A stretch of 64,000 bases of DNA from Anthoceros angustus (lineage: Eukaryota; Plantae; Anthocerotophyta). The notes under the pieces were generated by a model. The model saw only the letters and a program-made list of their open reading frames with translations. It had not been told where the DNA came from and searched no databases. Shown here one piece after another: positions 24,165 to 36,480 of the stretch. The position numbers and the translations under genes are program-made. Each line of letters starts with the position of its first letter. Within the stretch, counting starts at the first letter, position 1. Location of the stretch: positions 124,001-188,000 of the forward strand of contig MU008185.1 of the NCBI GenBank assembly GCA_010909165.1, given 5' to 3'.

Positions 24165-24977
24165 GCAATACCGTTCAATACATTCAGCCGCCAATGTTGT
24201 CGTGGCTCCTGCCTGACAAGCATCCACAACCCAATCTCCTTCCACAGAATGTTTTGACAAGTTTTGTCATAAGGCCTAGCGGGCGTTGGTAAGGGCATAC
24301 CACCGCTTGTGCGTGCGATAGGTGGGACTTCTTGACGACAGTGGGGTGCCCAATAATTGTCCTTCCATTGTTGAAAGTCCCATGCATGGCGTTAGGCATC
24401 ATAGGAACCCAGTCTCTCGCACAACCGCTTTTTGACACCATCCCAGCATCACGTACTCGGCGGTCTCAAATCGCCTACGTGGCATTCATGTTGTCTTGTC
24501 CCGGATGAAGGACACCATGCCTCCTTCCCACACAATTTCCGCATAGACTTCGACGTGTGGGCTTCTTCAACTCCATGCAAGACGATGGCACCTCCTCGCC
24601 GGTGGTCTTCTCTTCAAAACTCAAAATCGTACTCCATCATGGCCAAATCCATGCACTTGTCCATAGGACCGATGTCAAAGCCACGGGGACGCCCATGACA
24701 AGCAAAGTGTATCTCCTTCCCGCAGATAACCACGCATGTCAAGAACATTACGCCCTTCGACCGCATCGACCTGCTCCGATGGAACGTTGAAAACGTGGAG
24801 TCCCTCTTGCAAGTCCTTGTCTGCTAAAGCCCGCTGCTCATTCTCCAAGCCCTTCCAATTATTGATCTCAAATATGAAATGGCGAAACTCCTCGGGAAGT
24901 TTCGACAAGACCTCCACATCCTTCAATTGCTGCATGCAATCCGAATGGTCAGTGAAGAATATCCTATACTTTTCCAC
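24165..24977 (-). pseudogene. Beta-class N4-cytosine/N6-adenine DNA methyltransferase remnant inside a DNA-transposon-like element
   Basis: Degenerate catalytic motif IV YTLLVMGVPxGFD (DPPY-like, ~24675-24710) lies upstream of VVCPYQRPLGLMTKLVKTF..EGDWVVDAC.AGATTTLAA (motif X and SAM-binding motif I). This order is the beta class. Frameshifted. Confidence 0.75.
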
Positions 24978-24989
24978 GAAAGGAACAGC

Positions 24990-25510
24990 TATTGCAACAA
25001 CGCGTCGGCGCCATCCCTCAGCGCACCATTCTCAGCACCCACAAACGGGTGGCCCGCAGAAGAAGGGCGCCGGCCGGCGCCCTCCCTCCGTGCACCACCC
25101 TCAGGAGGCCCTACGGGTGGCGCGCGGAGGGAGGGCACCGCCGGCGCCCCCACGCAGCCTGCCGGCGCCACCCGCCGGGCCCCGACGGGTGGCGACGGAG
25201 GAGGGCGCCGAGCGGCCGGCGCTTGCCCTCCAGCGAGCACCTATTGAGTCCGACGGGTGGTGCGCAGAGGCATACACCGGCCGGCGCCCACCCTAGGGGT
25301 GGCGGGTGGAGGGCGCCCGGCGCCCCCACGCAGCAGCCGCAGAGCCGACGGGTGGTGCAGAGGGCGGCCTCCACGCCGCCACCGGCCGGGCCTCCTCGGT
25401 GGTGCGGGAGGGCACCGCCGGCCGGCGCCCGCCTCCACGCCCCACCCGTCGGGCCTCCGGGTGGCTGCGTGAGGCGGTGGCTTCCTCCCTCGCCTCCCTC
25501 CTTCCACGCA
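24990..25510. repeat. GC-rich dispersed subterminal-type repeats
   Basis: Motif c(c/t)(g/a)acgggtgg(c/t)gc is repeated at ~24060, 25045, 25112, 25182, 25250 and 25345, and inverted at ~25442. Confidence 0.7.
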
Positions 25511-26169
25511 CTGTGACGGCATTTCTATCGATAATTCAAGCAGCTATACATAAAGCAACCTTGGAATGAAGGCTAACCTTAGAAGCAAATGTCACGAAAT
25601 CGAGCCAAGATCCGGTCACGAGTGTAGAGGTACTCCTCCCGCACCTCCGCACCAAAAACATGGAGGTATTTGTAGATGAAAGTCATCACATTATGGGTTT
25701 GTGTTGAGCGCCGCGGAAACATCTATATGCGGTGGACAAAAAGCGATAAGGGATAAGCTCACAGTTGCGTGGCTTCATACAACTGCGAGTCAAAGTGCAC
25801 CGAAGATAGTGATGACAATGCAGAGAAGTGGACCCTGATGAATGTATTGATTAACTCGGGATGAGTGAAAATGAAATCTCGTTTTTCCGGGGTCCCAAAA
25901 GTTAATTTTGTAAGTCTCAGTTCTTGATGTTAATGTGTTAGGAAATCCGTCTGCGTGGCTTTTTTGTGTCCTTCCTAAACCACATTTTCCTCCCAAAGCG
26001 GGTTTACATCGTCCCTTCCCAGGCAGTAGTCCTCACCGTTCCTACTTTGCATTATTCCCTAGGTTCGAGTTTACGACCACCATTCCCCCACAAACATTCT
26101 TTGGATGGAAAGTACAACTTTATCGCGTGACACTTTTTTGAGCCGTTCAATGCCTTCAAAAGCTTTTAG

Positions 26170-26241
26170 GGCCCATCAAAACCCCTTCGTAGATTATTTA
26201 AAACCCCTTTGAGATTATTCACCCCTTCAAAAATTATCGTG
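26170..26241. mobile_element. DNA transposon terminus ending ...tatcgtg
   Basis: gcccatcaaaacccctt...attattcaccccttcaaaaattatcgtg resembles the termini at 54372-54452, 57745-57782 and (inverted) 57886-57965. Confidence 0.6.
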
Positions 26242-26829
26242 TTCATATTATTGTCGACACCTCGGATGCGATTCCGGCTCCCCGCCGCGTTCTTCCCGAC
26301 CATACGGCGTGGCGGACGTCTCGCCATGTCACAGCTTCCGCCTTTGTTGCAGCGTGGCGTCATGCGGTACTCCACCGCAAAGAGCTTAATGCCGCCATGG
26401 CACGTGATCCTCTTGCTTCCACGGCCCAGGGAGGTGCTTCAGCACCTGCGCGTGGTGCCTCTTCGACGGCGGTAGCAGCGGGCGTCGGAAGGCACTCGGT
26501 GAGCACGACCCCATGTTGCTCTTGGTGCGGACTTAGCGAAGATGATCGGCCCGGGTGAAGGCGAGTGGGAATGAATTCGGGTGTCAGTTACCTTGTTTGT
26601 ACACAACCAAGCTGTGCACCGAGGTCAAGTGGCCACCAGTCATATGGCTCGGCTCTATTCTGAGGCGAAAAGGCGGTAGGCCGCCAGCATCACGTGTCCA
26701 CGATGCGAGGAACTTGGAGGAATTAAGAATCATTATTGAATGCACCCAGTGTACTGTTTGGCGGATGTATTATGAATGAAGCATAATTGTGATTACAGCT
26801 CATGAGTACAATTGTTTTTTGGCATTTGC

Positions 26830-27671
26830 CTATGTCTCCATCAGATGTCCGCTTAATTCATTTTCTGCTAACAGGGTAGTCACCCGATGGAGTGCGTCAC
26901 CCTCTAAAGCAAAGTACACACCCCCTACTGCACCTCGTCTTATGGTCATCTCAAATTTGCACATCTGCACGCATTCCGCACTGAGGATGCAATCAGCATG
27001 GTCCGAATAAAAGGCATACAGCTGCGCTTCTGCATCTTGAATAGTGTAATACATTCCAACGACGACAGCCTCTCCGGCATGAAACGTCTTCATACTCCAA
27101 GGACACGATCTTGGGTGCAGAAGAGTATGCTTTGCCTCCGTGCATCTGAGGACATAAAAATGTTGTCCCTCATCCGTGGGGTCTGCAAAAACGAGGAAGT
27201 TGTCTCCTACTTCCAGAAGGTCAGCCATGTCGGAGATATCTTCACTCTCATTGTCCAGGATAACATCAGGACCATTGGTCCCTGCACATCGAGGCTAGAG
27301 GAGCACCATCAGGCTGTTAGGGAGGCACACTTGCCCGGCAGGTTATTATACAGGATTTGGCCATGTGGCCTCAAAGTGAAGGCTTTCCAATACCCTGAAT
27401 GAGGCACCGTTTCGCATTCAGAATGTGCACTTCCCAGGCACTTCACGCAAAAACAAGCAAGGCTACGCATTTTCAGCTTAGTCGGATCTGTCAAGCTAAA
27501 CCCATAGATGCTGTGCATTTTTTTGGACTCAGGTATAGAGCGGACAGACTTGGTGGCCGCCGCCAACATCTTCCGGGCGTATTCCCGGACCAACGGCACG
27601 CTGTCAAAGGTCCATACTGCCTGAAAAATGTCTAGGTGCCACTCCTGAACCAGCTCCTCCGCCTCGGCCAA
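26830..27671 (-). mobile_element. C-terminal part of a DDE DNA transposase (CMC/Sola-like), with in-frame stop
   Basis: VRSIPESKKMHSIYG...KMRSLACFCVKCL...C, then LEVGDNFLVFAD...FYVLRC...VVVGMYY. This resembles the Cys-rich tail of plant/algal DDE transposases; family assignment is from recall. Confidence 0.55.
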
Positions 27672-28149
27672 TCAGGGGCTGAAATCTGGGTAGCGCCTCA
27701 TGACGATGTTTTTCTCCACCAGGCGCCAAGGCTCCCAGACCTCCGCCGCCTTCTTGGGTCCCATGCTTGCTCTCCATTTGATCCGCTGCTTAGGTATGGT
27801 GGACGAGTGTACGCCTGCCGAGTTTCAAAGTGATGAGCGCGCTGTTCAAAGGCAAAGACCGCTCGATGCTACACTTGGACGTCGGAAGAGAAGGCGCCAA
27901 AGAGCAGGATGTCTGAGCGCGAGCGACTGTGAGAACTGTTGAGGAGACGGCCGAGAGAATGGTCTTCTCTCAGCGTTGGAGTGTGGGCTACGGACTTCCC
28001 TTGGGGGTTAAGAAATAAGTGGGGTTTTTTTTTTTTCGTAGGTACGAAGAATAAAATAAGGCGGAAAAGGAGGAATAAGTACGGATAGCGCTCCGGACTG
28101 GACTCGGGAGTATACTCCGGACTCCGGAGTGGGCAACGTACCCCGAAAC

Positions 28150-28460
28150 CACCATGGCGAGCACCGGACTACGTTGGGGTAACGGGACCTCCTGGCCTGT
28201 GGTGAGCCCTGCCACCACGACCTCTCGGCCAGCGGTGAGCCTTGCCGCCATGACTTCCCGGCCCAGCGGTGAGCCCTATGATCACGACCTCCCGGCCGTG
28301 GCGAGCCCCGCCGCCACGACCATCCGCCCATGGTGAGCCTGCCGCCACGACCTCCCGGCCGTGGCGAGCCCTGTCGCCACGACCACCCGGCCCGCGGTGA
28401 GCCCTGCCACCACGACCACCCGACCCGCAGTGAGCCCTGCCGCCACGACCTCCCGACCCT
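28150..28460. repeat. ~31-bp GC-rich tandem repeat array
   Basis: About 8 units of cacgacc(t/a)cccggcc(g/a)(t/g)(gg/cg)(c/t)gagccctgccgc. Confidence 0.85.
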
Positions 28461-28799
28461 GCTATCGCACCACCCCCAACAACGCCACATCACGGTGGGC
28501 TGGACCCGGTGGACGGATGAGGTAGGAGTCTTGAAGAGTGTGCAACATGTGAATAAAGTACAAAGAGATTGATGTAGGAGAATGCCGGATGGAGGTCGCA
28601 CAGCAAGTACAGCTGGATAGCATAAGCAAAAAGAAAGGATGATATGCTGAGCACAAATTACAGACGGGGCCTTAATAGAGCATGCGGGTTTAACAAACTT
28701 GAACTGCCCGGGTGTCTTCAATTGTGAAGGAGAACCCTAAAGCTTGCTGGCTTGCCGCCAGGAGGCCAAACATAGAACATACGGCGAGAGACATGAAAA

Positions 28800-30000
28800 C
28801 AAAGTTGTGGTTTTTTAAAGGAACCGAACACTGTGGGAGTCACACCAGTCCCAGATGACAGTTAGCACAGTAACGAACAGCCACAGGCGCAGCCTGCAAT
28901 AAGTGTATTCCAGGTGACAATGGTCCTGTCAGAAAATTCGTCAAGAACATGCCGTGCATCAACCAAGCTCCCACACTTTCCACACATGTCCATCGCTTAA
29001 ATCCCTTCTTCTCCGATCTGTGTATTTACCTGCCTTCCAGGATAAAGACCTGCCTTCCAGGATAAAGACCTGCCTCACTTGCCCAAGCATGCAACAGGCA
29101 CACCAGGGTCCTAGAATTAGCTACAATCATGCTGTGGTCTTGCAAATACTGTAGAGACGGAGGGACCCTGCCCTATGCCTTGCTGGGACTATCCTGCTAT
29201 CATGGCAGTGCAGGGGAGCAAATCGTTTTGTCACCAAGTCCATAAAACGCATTTTGAGTGTCCTCGGAGCAGCCACACTTCGCATACATATTCACCAAAC
29301 TTCTGGCTGCAAGCATATCACCTTGATGGGTATCCTCATTCTCTAATTTGGAAATCAAGCTGCTTTTCCATCTCCAATGCCAGAGTGCTCACACTTGTAC
29401 AGGCCTGCACGAGGCACACAAACGTCACTGAAATGGTACAGCGATGCCTGCTTCCTCCACACACTAAAGCGAGGAAGGGCTTTCTGCCCCATGCCCGCTG
29501 GGAATACCCTGCCATCATGGCAGTCCATGTCAATCCTTTACAAAGTCCGTCAAACAATCTCAGAGCATACACGTTCAACAAACTGCTCGCTACCAACACC
29601 TCAGCTTCATGTTCCTCTTCTCTGATCTAGACTGCACAGGACGCTACTTCCCCTTCCTCAAAGCACACACTTCCGCAAGCACGCAGGAGGCACACCAGTC
29701 TCAAGGTATTGGGTATAGCCCAGCGACAAAGCAATGGCTGGCCCGAGCCCCGGGGTTCATGAGAACACTCTTTGCCAATCTTACAAGGTGCCACACTTTG
29801 TCTTCATTTTCAGCAAATGCTTGGAACAAACACTTCAACTTCACATCCGTGTTGTCTGTGAAGAGGTTTCTTTCGTCAATTCCGGATTGCCCACTATAGG
29901 CATGCCCGCAAGGGGCACATGGATGTCACAGCATCACGGACAGCCGTCCCTGCCCCTTGCATAGCACTCTTCATACGAAGGGGTTCGTACTCCGAGCTGC
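28800..30000 (-). pseudogene. Degenerate PLS-class PPR gene
   Basis: Fragments WTAMMAGYSQ, VTFVCLVQACTSV and MDMCGKCGSLVDARHVLDEFSDRTIVTWNTLIAG, with stops and frameshifts. Confidence 0.7.
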
Positions 30001-30368
30001 CACACTTCGCAGCGATGACACTTTGCTCAATTTCCAGTGTTTTGACATGCCATAAAAGGAATACATTCCCATGATGTGGCTGCACAGGAACGTGTCTGAC
30101 TGCACCTATTCCTCTTCGAAGACCCGCGGCAAAATGCTTCATGGCTCGCTACAGTGGGCAATTTCAGCCTGCGAAGTGGCCGAAGCACAGGGCCTGGCCC
30201 GGAAAACACAGTTCGACGTACGAAATAATCAATTACCGTGATAAAGCCAGGGCACCCGACATTTGGATAATCCCCTCAGCCGATCCACAATGCACTGTAA
30301 ATGTAAGCATTTCGCGGTTGGATCTGCTCACAGTGAGGTGAGCAGGGGAGAGCAGCAAGGACCAAGGA

Positions 30369-32536
<2,168 letters not shown>

Positions 32537-32711
32537 ATTTGATAAGGGTATTTCAGGAGGAAAGTATGTACTTGTAACACATTCTGAAGATTGAAAAAGA
32601 CAGTTGCTTCGGCACAAGAGATCCAAAGCAGCAGCCTGTATCCGGCTGAACAAGCGCACTTGTCTTCAGCGTAAATGTGAGCTATGTGACACCGGCATGC
32701 TCTCCATCATC

Positions 32712-33851
32712 TTAAAGCGGTCTAATATGGCACCTGCACGGAAAATTACAACCCACTCTTAGGACCCGGAGTAATAACGAAACAGAGTAATCACGAAAAT
32801 TGCAGTACATGTCAAGATGGAACCGCTATCTTCGCTGGAACGTCGTACCCAAGGAGGCCATTGCCTGACCATATTCTCGGAGTCACAGAAAGGTGGACCA
32901 GGTCCCCACGCCTTAAGACCACCACCGCCACCGCTCGACCTTCGTTGATTTGACCTTCTCGCCCCAGTCTCGGCAAGAGGTTGTCACCTCCCTGTACGCT
33001 TCCGAAGCGAACAAGCTGATCTCCCACCTTCAGACCGTCTACCGCTGCAGGGGAACCGTCGGTTACCTCGTCAAAGAACGCAAACGGTTGTCTGTTGCTA
33101 CTATCCTCATCCATGGGAGCTGGGCCAGCATTGTGGAACCCGGCTTCTAGCTGTGTAGGTTGAGCAGGTCGAGCAGCTATAGACCTGTATGGTGTGGCAT
33201 CTGCCCGCTCAACTGGAAACCCAAACCATGAGCAAAGAGTCAAGGTAAGGCACTATTTTCATCACCCCCATTCTCAAGCACTGAATTTGCTGAGCCTCCC
33301 GAATATTTCACCTAATCTCTTCAAGGGCGTCGTCGACTTGTCCTTGCTGACGCCGGCTAAATGCAGCTCCTGCAGCTTTTCCTCGATCCTTGCTGTGAGC
33401 TCTTGGTGATCAGTCCGCAGCACTACACCAACGGCCACCAAGTCATGAGTAGAGAGCGTCACCCACCTACCCAACCCTACCACCCTGCCCCCACCAAAAC
33501 CAGCCAGTATGTACCCTCCGGTCCCTGGCGGAAGCGAGGAGACAGAAGCATCAGCAACCTGCTAGACGATGCCGCTCTGCCCTAACTTTGGGAATGTCGA
33601 TGTCAGCTCTCGGAAAGCCCTAGCAAGCATTGCAATCCTGGCGTCATCAGGACACGCTAATTTCCTCAATGAAGTCGGCGAAAGGCACTGACTGGCAAGC
33701 AAATCATCACCTCGCTATCAACAAGGTTGCCAGAGAGGCCAGCGCCGTTAGGGCCAGTCAGGCGGTCTATGATGCCCTGCATCTCGGCTTCCACAGCAGC
33801 GCGCTTGTCCATCAGCGCCAGAGTCTCCATCTTGGAAGTTGTGACCACCAT
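32712..33851 (-). CDS. PSMD9: 26S proteasome non-ATPase regulatory subunit 9 (Nas2/p27 assembly chaperone), multi-exon
   Basis: MVVTTSK...LMDKRAAVEAEM...GLSGNLVDSE / GFPRADIDIPKVRAERHRLA / LRTDHQEL..., a PDZ-like PFAFFDEVTDGSPAAVDGLKVGDQLVRFG...VTPRIWSGNGLLG, and a last exon CHIRPL-stop (32712-32714). Confidence 0.93.
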
Positions 33852-34160
33852 CCTCGTCCCCCCGTCGTCCCGTCTGGCAAAGGGGAAAAAAGAAAGGCGC
33901 TTCACGTTCGATCACCTCCTTGTGCCGATGGCGTCGGTCAGGAGCTTGGAAGAAGACAGCGTGGTGGTGGAGAGATGGAATCTACTGAAAATCCAATTAC
34001 CCCCAAATCAGAGGCTGTATGACAAGCCATCACAGCACACTACGTCAAGGACGTGCTGCTCCAATCCGTCCCGAAGGCTCTAGAAAAAGCCCCGTCAAGT
34101 GTGGTGGAACCCTAAGCCATACGAGAGGGAAGGCAAGGGAAGGGAGGGAAGGCATCATCA

Positions 34161-35312
34161 TCATCCCATGGCCGCCTTCAAGGCATCTCCCGCTCCTTGG
34201 AAGAAGAGCCAGGAGAAGACGAAATCGGCGATGAAGATGCAGACCAAGGAGATGACAACGGCCGAGGTGGTGGACTCTCCCACGCCCTTGGCGCCCCCGG
34301 ACGTGGTGACCCCCCAGGCGCAGCTGACGACGGAGATGATGGCACCGAAGGCAGAGGACTTGATCATGGTGCTGATGAGGTCCCAGGGCTGCAGGGCCCG
34401 GGCGGCGGAGTCGAGGATGATGTTGGAGCTGACGTGGTAGACGCCGTCGGCGAGCAGGACGCTGGCCGCCATGGCCACGCTGAAGCAGATGATGGTGAGG
34501 ATGGGCAGGGCGATGCTGCAGGCGATGACGCGGGGCGTGATGAGGTAGTCGACGGGGTCCGTTCTGAGCACCCGCAGCGTGTCCGTCTGCTCCGAGACCT
34601 GCATGGTGCCCAGCTCGGCTGCGAACGCGCTCCCGACCCTGCCGCACAGGATGATGGCCGTTACCACGGGGGAGAGCTCCCGGGACAGGGCCAGGGCCAG
34701 GACCCCGCCCACGGATCTGGTGAGCCCCAGCCGGGCGAATTCGCGCACGAATTGGATGGTGAACACCATGCCCACGAAGGAGGCTGTGAGCAGGCTGACG
34801 CCCAGGGAGCCCGGGCCGACCAGGGCCAGCTGCTGCAGCGTGTTGCGCGCATGGACTCGGCCTCGCAGGATCCGGAGCAGCACCTGGCCGGCGATGACGA
34901 AGGCCGCCATGGAGCGCCACAGGTAGCGGGGGAGCTGCCACACTCTTGTCGCGCCTCCTCCTTGGGGCTCTGGGTCCTGGTCGTGGGCCGCCGCTGATGC
35001 CAGGCCGGGCGTGGGAGCTCCATCGTCGCTCGCGTTCACTGCGGCTGTACTGGCCAAGGCGAGACAGGGCCACCCGCTGCTGCTTCTCCGCTGCTTGCTG
35101 TTGCCGTTGCCTTTGCCTTTGCGGCCGCCTCCATCTCCGATACTCAAATTGCACAAGCGGATGGTGGGAGCAGGAAGGAGAAGACGGCGCGTGCAACGCC
35201 TCGTGTTGAGCAGGACAAACGCAATTTGAGCGTCGCCGCCTGAGCGCAGCTTGCCTGCATGATGCCCGCTAAGCGCTCGCAAGGAGGACGCAGCAGCCAT
35301 GCCCGCTTGCAC
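34161..35312 (-). CDS. TGD1: TRIGALACTOSYLDIACYLGLYCEROL 1 (MlaE-family lipid ABC permease), chloroplastic, intronless
   Basis: VGPGSLGVSLLTASFVGMVFTIQFVREFARLGL, RELSPVVTAIILCGRVGSAFAAELGTMQVSEQTDTLRVL, GAKGVGESTTSAVV. Confidence 0.95.
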   Translation of the reverse strand: MQAGMAAASSLRALSGHHAGKLRSGGDAQIAFVLLNTRRCTRRLLLPAPTIRLCNLSIGDGGGRKGKGNGNSKQRRSSSGWPCLALASTAAVNASDDGAPTPGLASAAAHDQDPEPQGGGATRVWQLPRYLWRSMAAFVIAGQVLLRILRGRVHARNTLQQLALVGPGSLGVSLLTASFVGMVFTIQFVREFARLGLTRSVGGVLALALSRELSPVVTAIILCGRVGSAFAAELGTMQVSEQTDTLRVLRTDPVDYLITPRVIACSIALPILTIICFSVAMAASVLLADGVYHVSSNIILDSAARALQPWDLISTMIKSSAFGAIISVVSCAWGVTTSGGAKGVGESTTSAVVISLVCIFIADFVFSWLFFQGAGDALKAAMG

Positions 35313-35676
35313 CGCTTTTCATATGTTGCGCTTCCCATTTCAATTCTGAACCCATCGTTTCAACCCCGTTAAACTTGCAGCATTTGCTGTAGGCTACGTA
35401 TGTGTCTAAAATGGTGGCTTCACTTAACCCCAGAATGACGGCCCTTCGATGGAGGCAGAATTCGCATTTCTTGTTGCAACGAGGCCAGTGGGAGCTTGTT
35501 GGACAGCTTGGCGTCAACATTGTGCAGCGATTGTTTTCCGTGATCTCAAATAGTTGAATTCTGCTTTAGAAGGAAAATGACGAACTCCCGAACTGTACAA
35601 TCCCGTCGTGCTGGGGTTAGGGTCCTGCCAATGAAGATGACAGTGTTATCCCGCGTTGCCTCTCTGCATATGTATT

Positions 35677-35802
35677 TCAAACCAGCAGGAGTCGAACCTG
35701 CCACATATGGATGTGATCCCGGATTGATTTGTACAAACAAGCGGGGCACTTTCGTCTGCTTTCAACTTTCTTCGCCCGTGCAGTCTGCTTAAAGTTAGTT
35801 TG
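35677..35802 (-). pseudogene. tRNA-like element (degenerate intron-containing tRNA or tRNA-derived SINE head)
   Basis: Perfect T-arm gcagg-ttcgact-cctgc and acceptor stem caaacta/tggtttg with discriminator A. The D-arm is degraded, and a ~65-nt insert follows gactgca. Confidence 0.4.
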
Positions 35803-36336
35803 GAACAGCAGACATAGAGAAAGTAACTTCTCCTCCGCCGAAAGGATTCGTCCACGGTTGCACTTGTGGAATCATTTGCTCGAGGATGACTTTCTTTTCT
35901 TACAAATTGGAATGAACTAGCTTTTCCATGTTCCCTCGCAACTTCAAACACAGGTTCGTTCACAACCTCACAGCAAGATCCCCACTTTACAGACGCTCCA
36001 CGACCCGCCATCAAGAACTGATCTAAACCCCTTAGCCACAACCACGTTCAGACCTTACTGACCATACCGATATTCATAGCAGGTGGTGTTGATCCAAGTG
36101 GCATGGCAAAGCCACAAATCCACTGCCTCTCACCTTGGCAAAGGGCCTCTCACCTTGGCAAAAGCCCGCCTCCTCACAGCCAGAGCATTTTCCATGAACG
36201 CTGCAGATATGCCATTTTTCACACATCAACGTCCATGATCATGAGGATTGGGATTCCATGGATACCAGCACATATCCATGGAAGTTGTGCAGAAATCATT
36301 TCAGGAGTCAACATAGACACGAGAAAGCGCATATAA

Positions 36337-36480
36337 TCCTTGCAGCACCATCTCGAAATACAAAGGGTCACAGTAGCGTATCGCCCGCGCCTGTCACACT
36401 CCTTGCAGCACCAATTCGAGAGACACAGGGTCACAGTAGCCCAACGTCCGCGCCTGTCATACTCCTTGCAGCAGGGTCAC
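36337..36480. repeat. 63-bp tandem repeat (~2.3 units)
   Basis: tccttgcagca...agggtcacagtagc...cgcgcctgtca repeated. Confidence 0.8.

Noticed and set aside
20880-25000. Bacterial contamination or a restriction-modification operon
   Set aside because: The MTases are embedded in eukaryotic gag/protease and DNA-transposon sequence, between intron-containing plant genes, with no operon structure or cognate restriction enzyme.
24736-25569. Many overlapping Pro/Arg/Ala-rich ORFs
   Set aside because: Arise from GC-rich repeats lacking stop codons; the same applies at 28.0-28.7 kb and 62.1-62.7 kb.
34045-35196. Overlapping 383-aa and 266-aa ORFs over TGD1
   Set aside because: Shadow frames caused by high GC3; low-complexity R/P/G/D translations.
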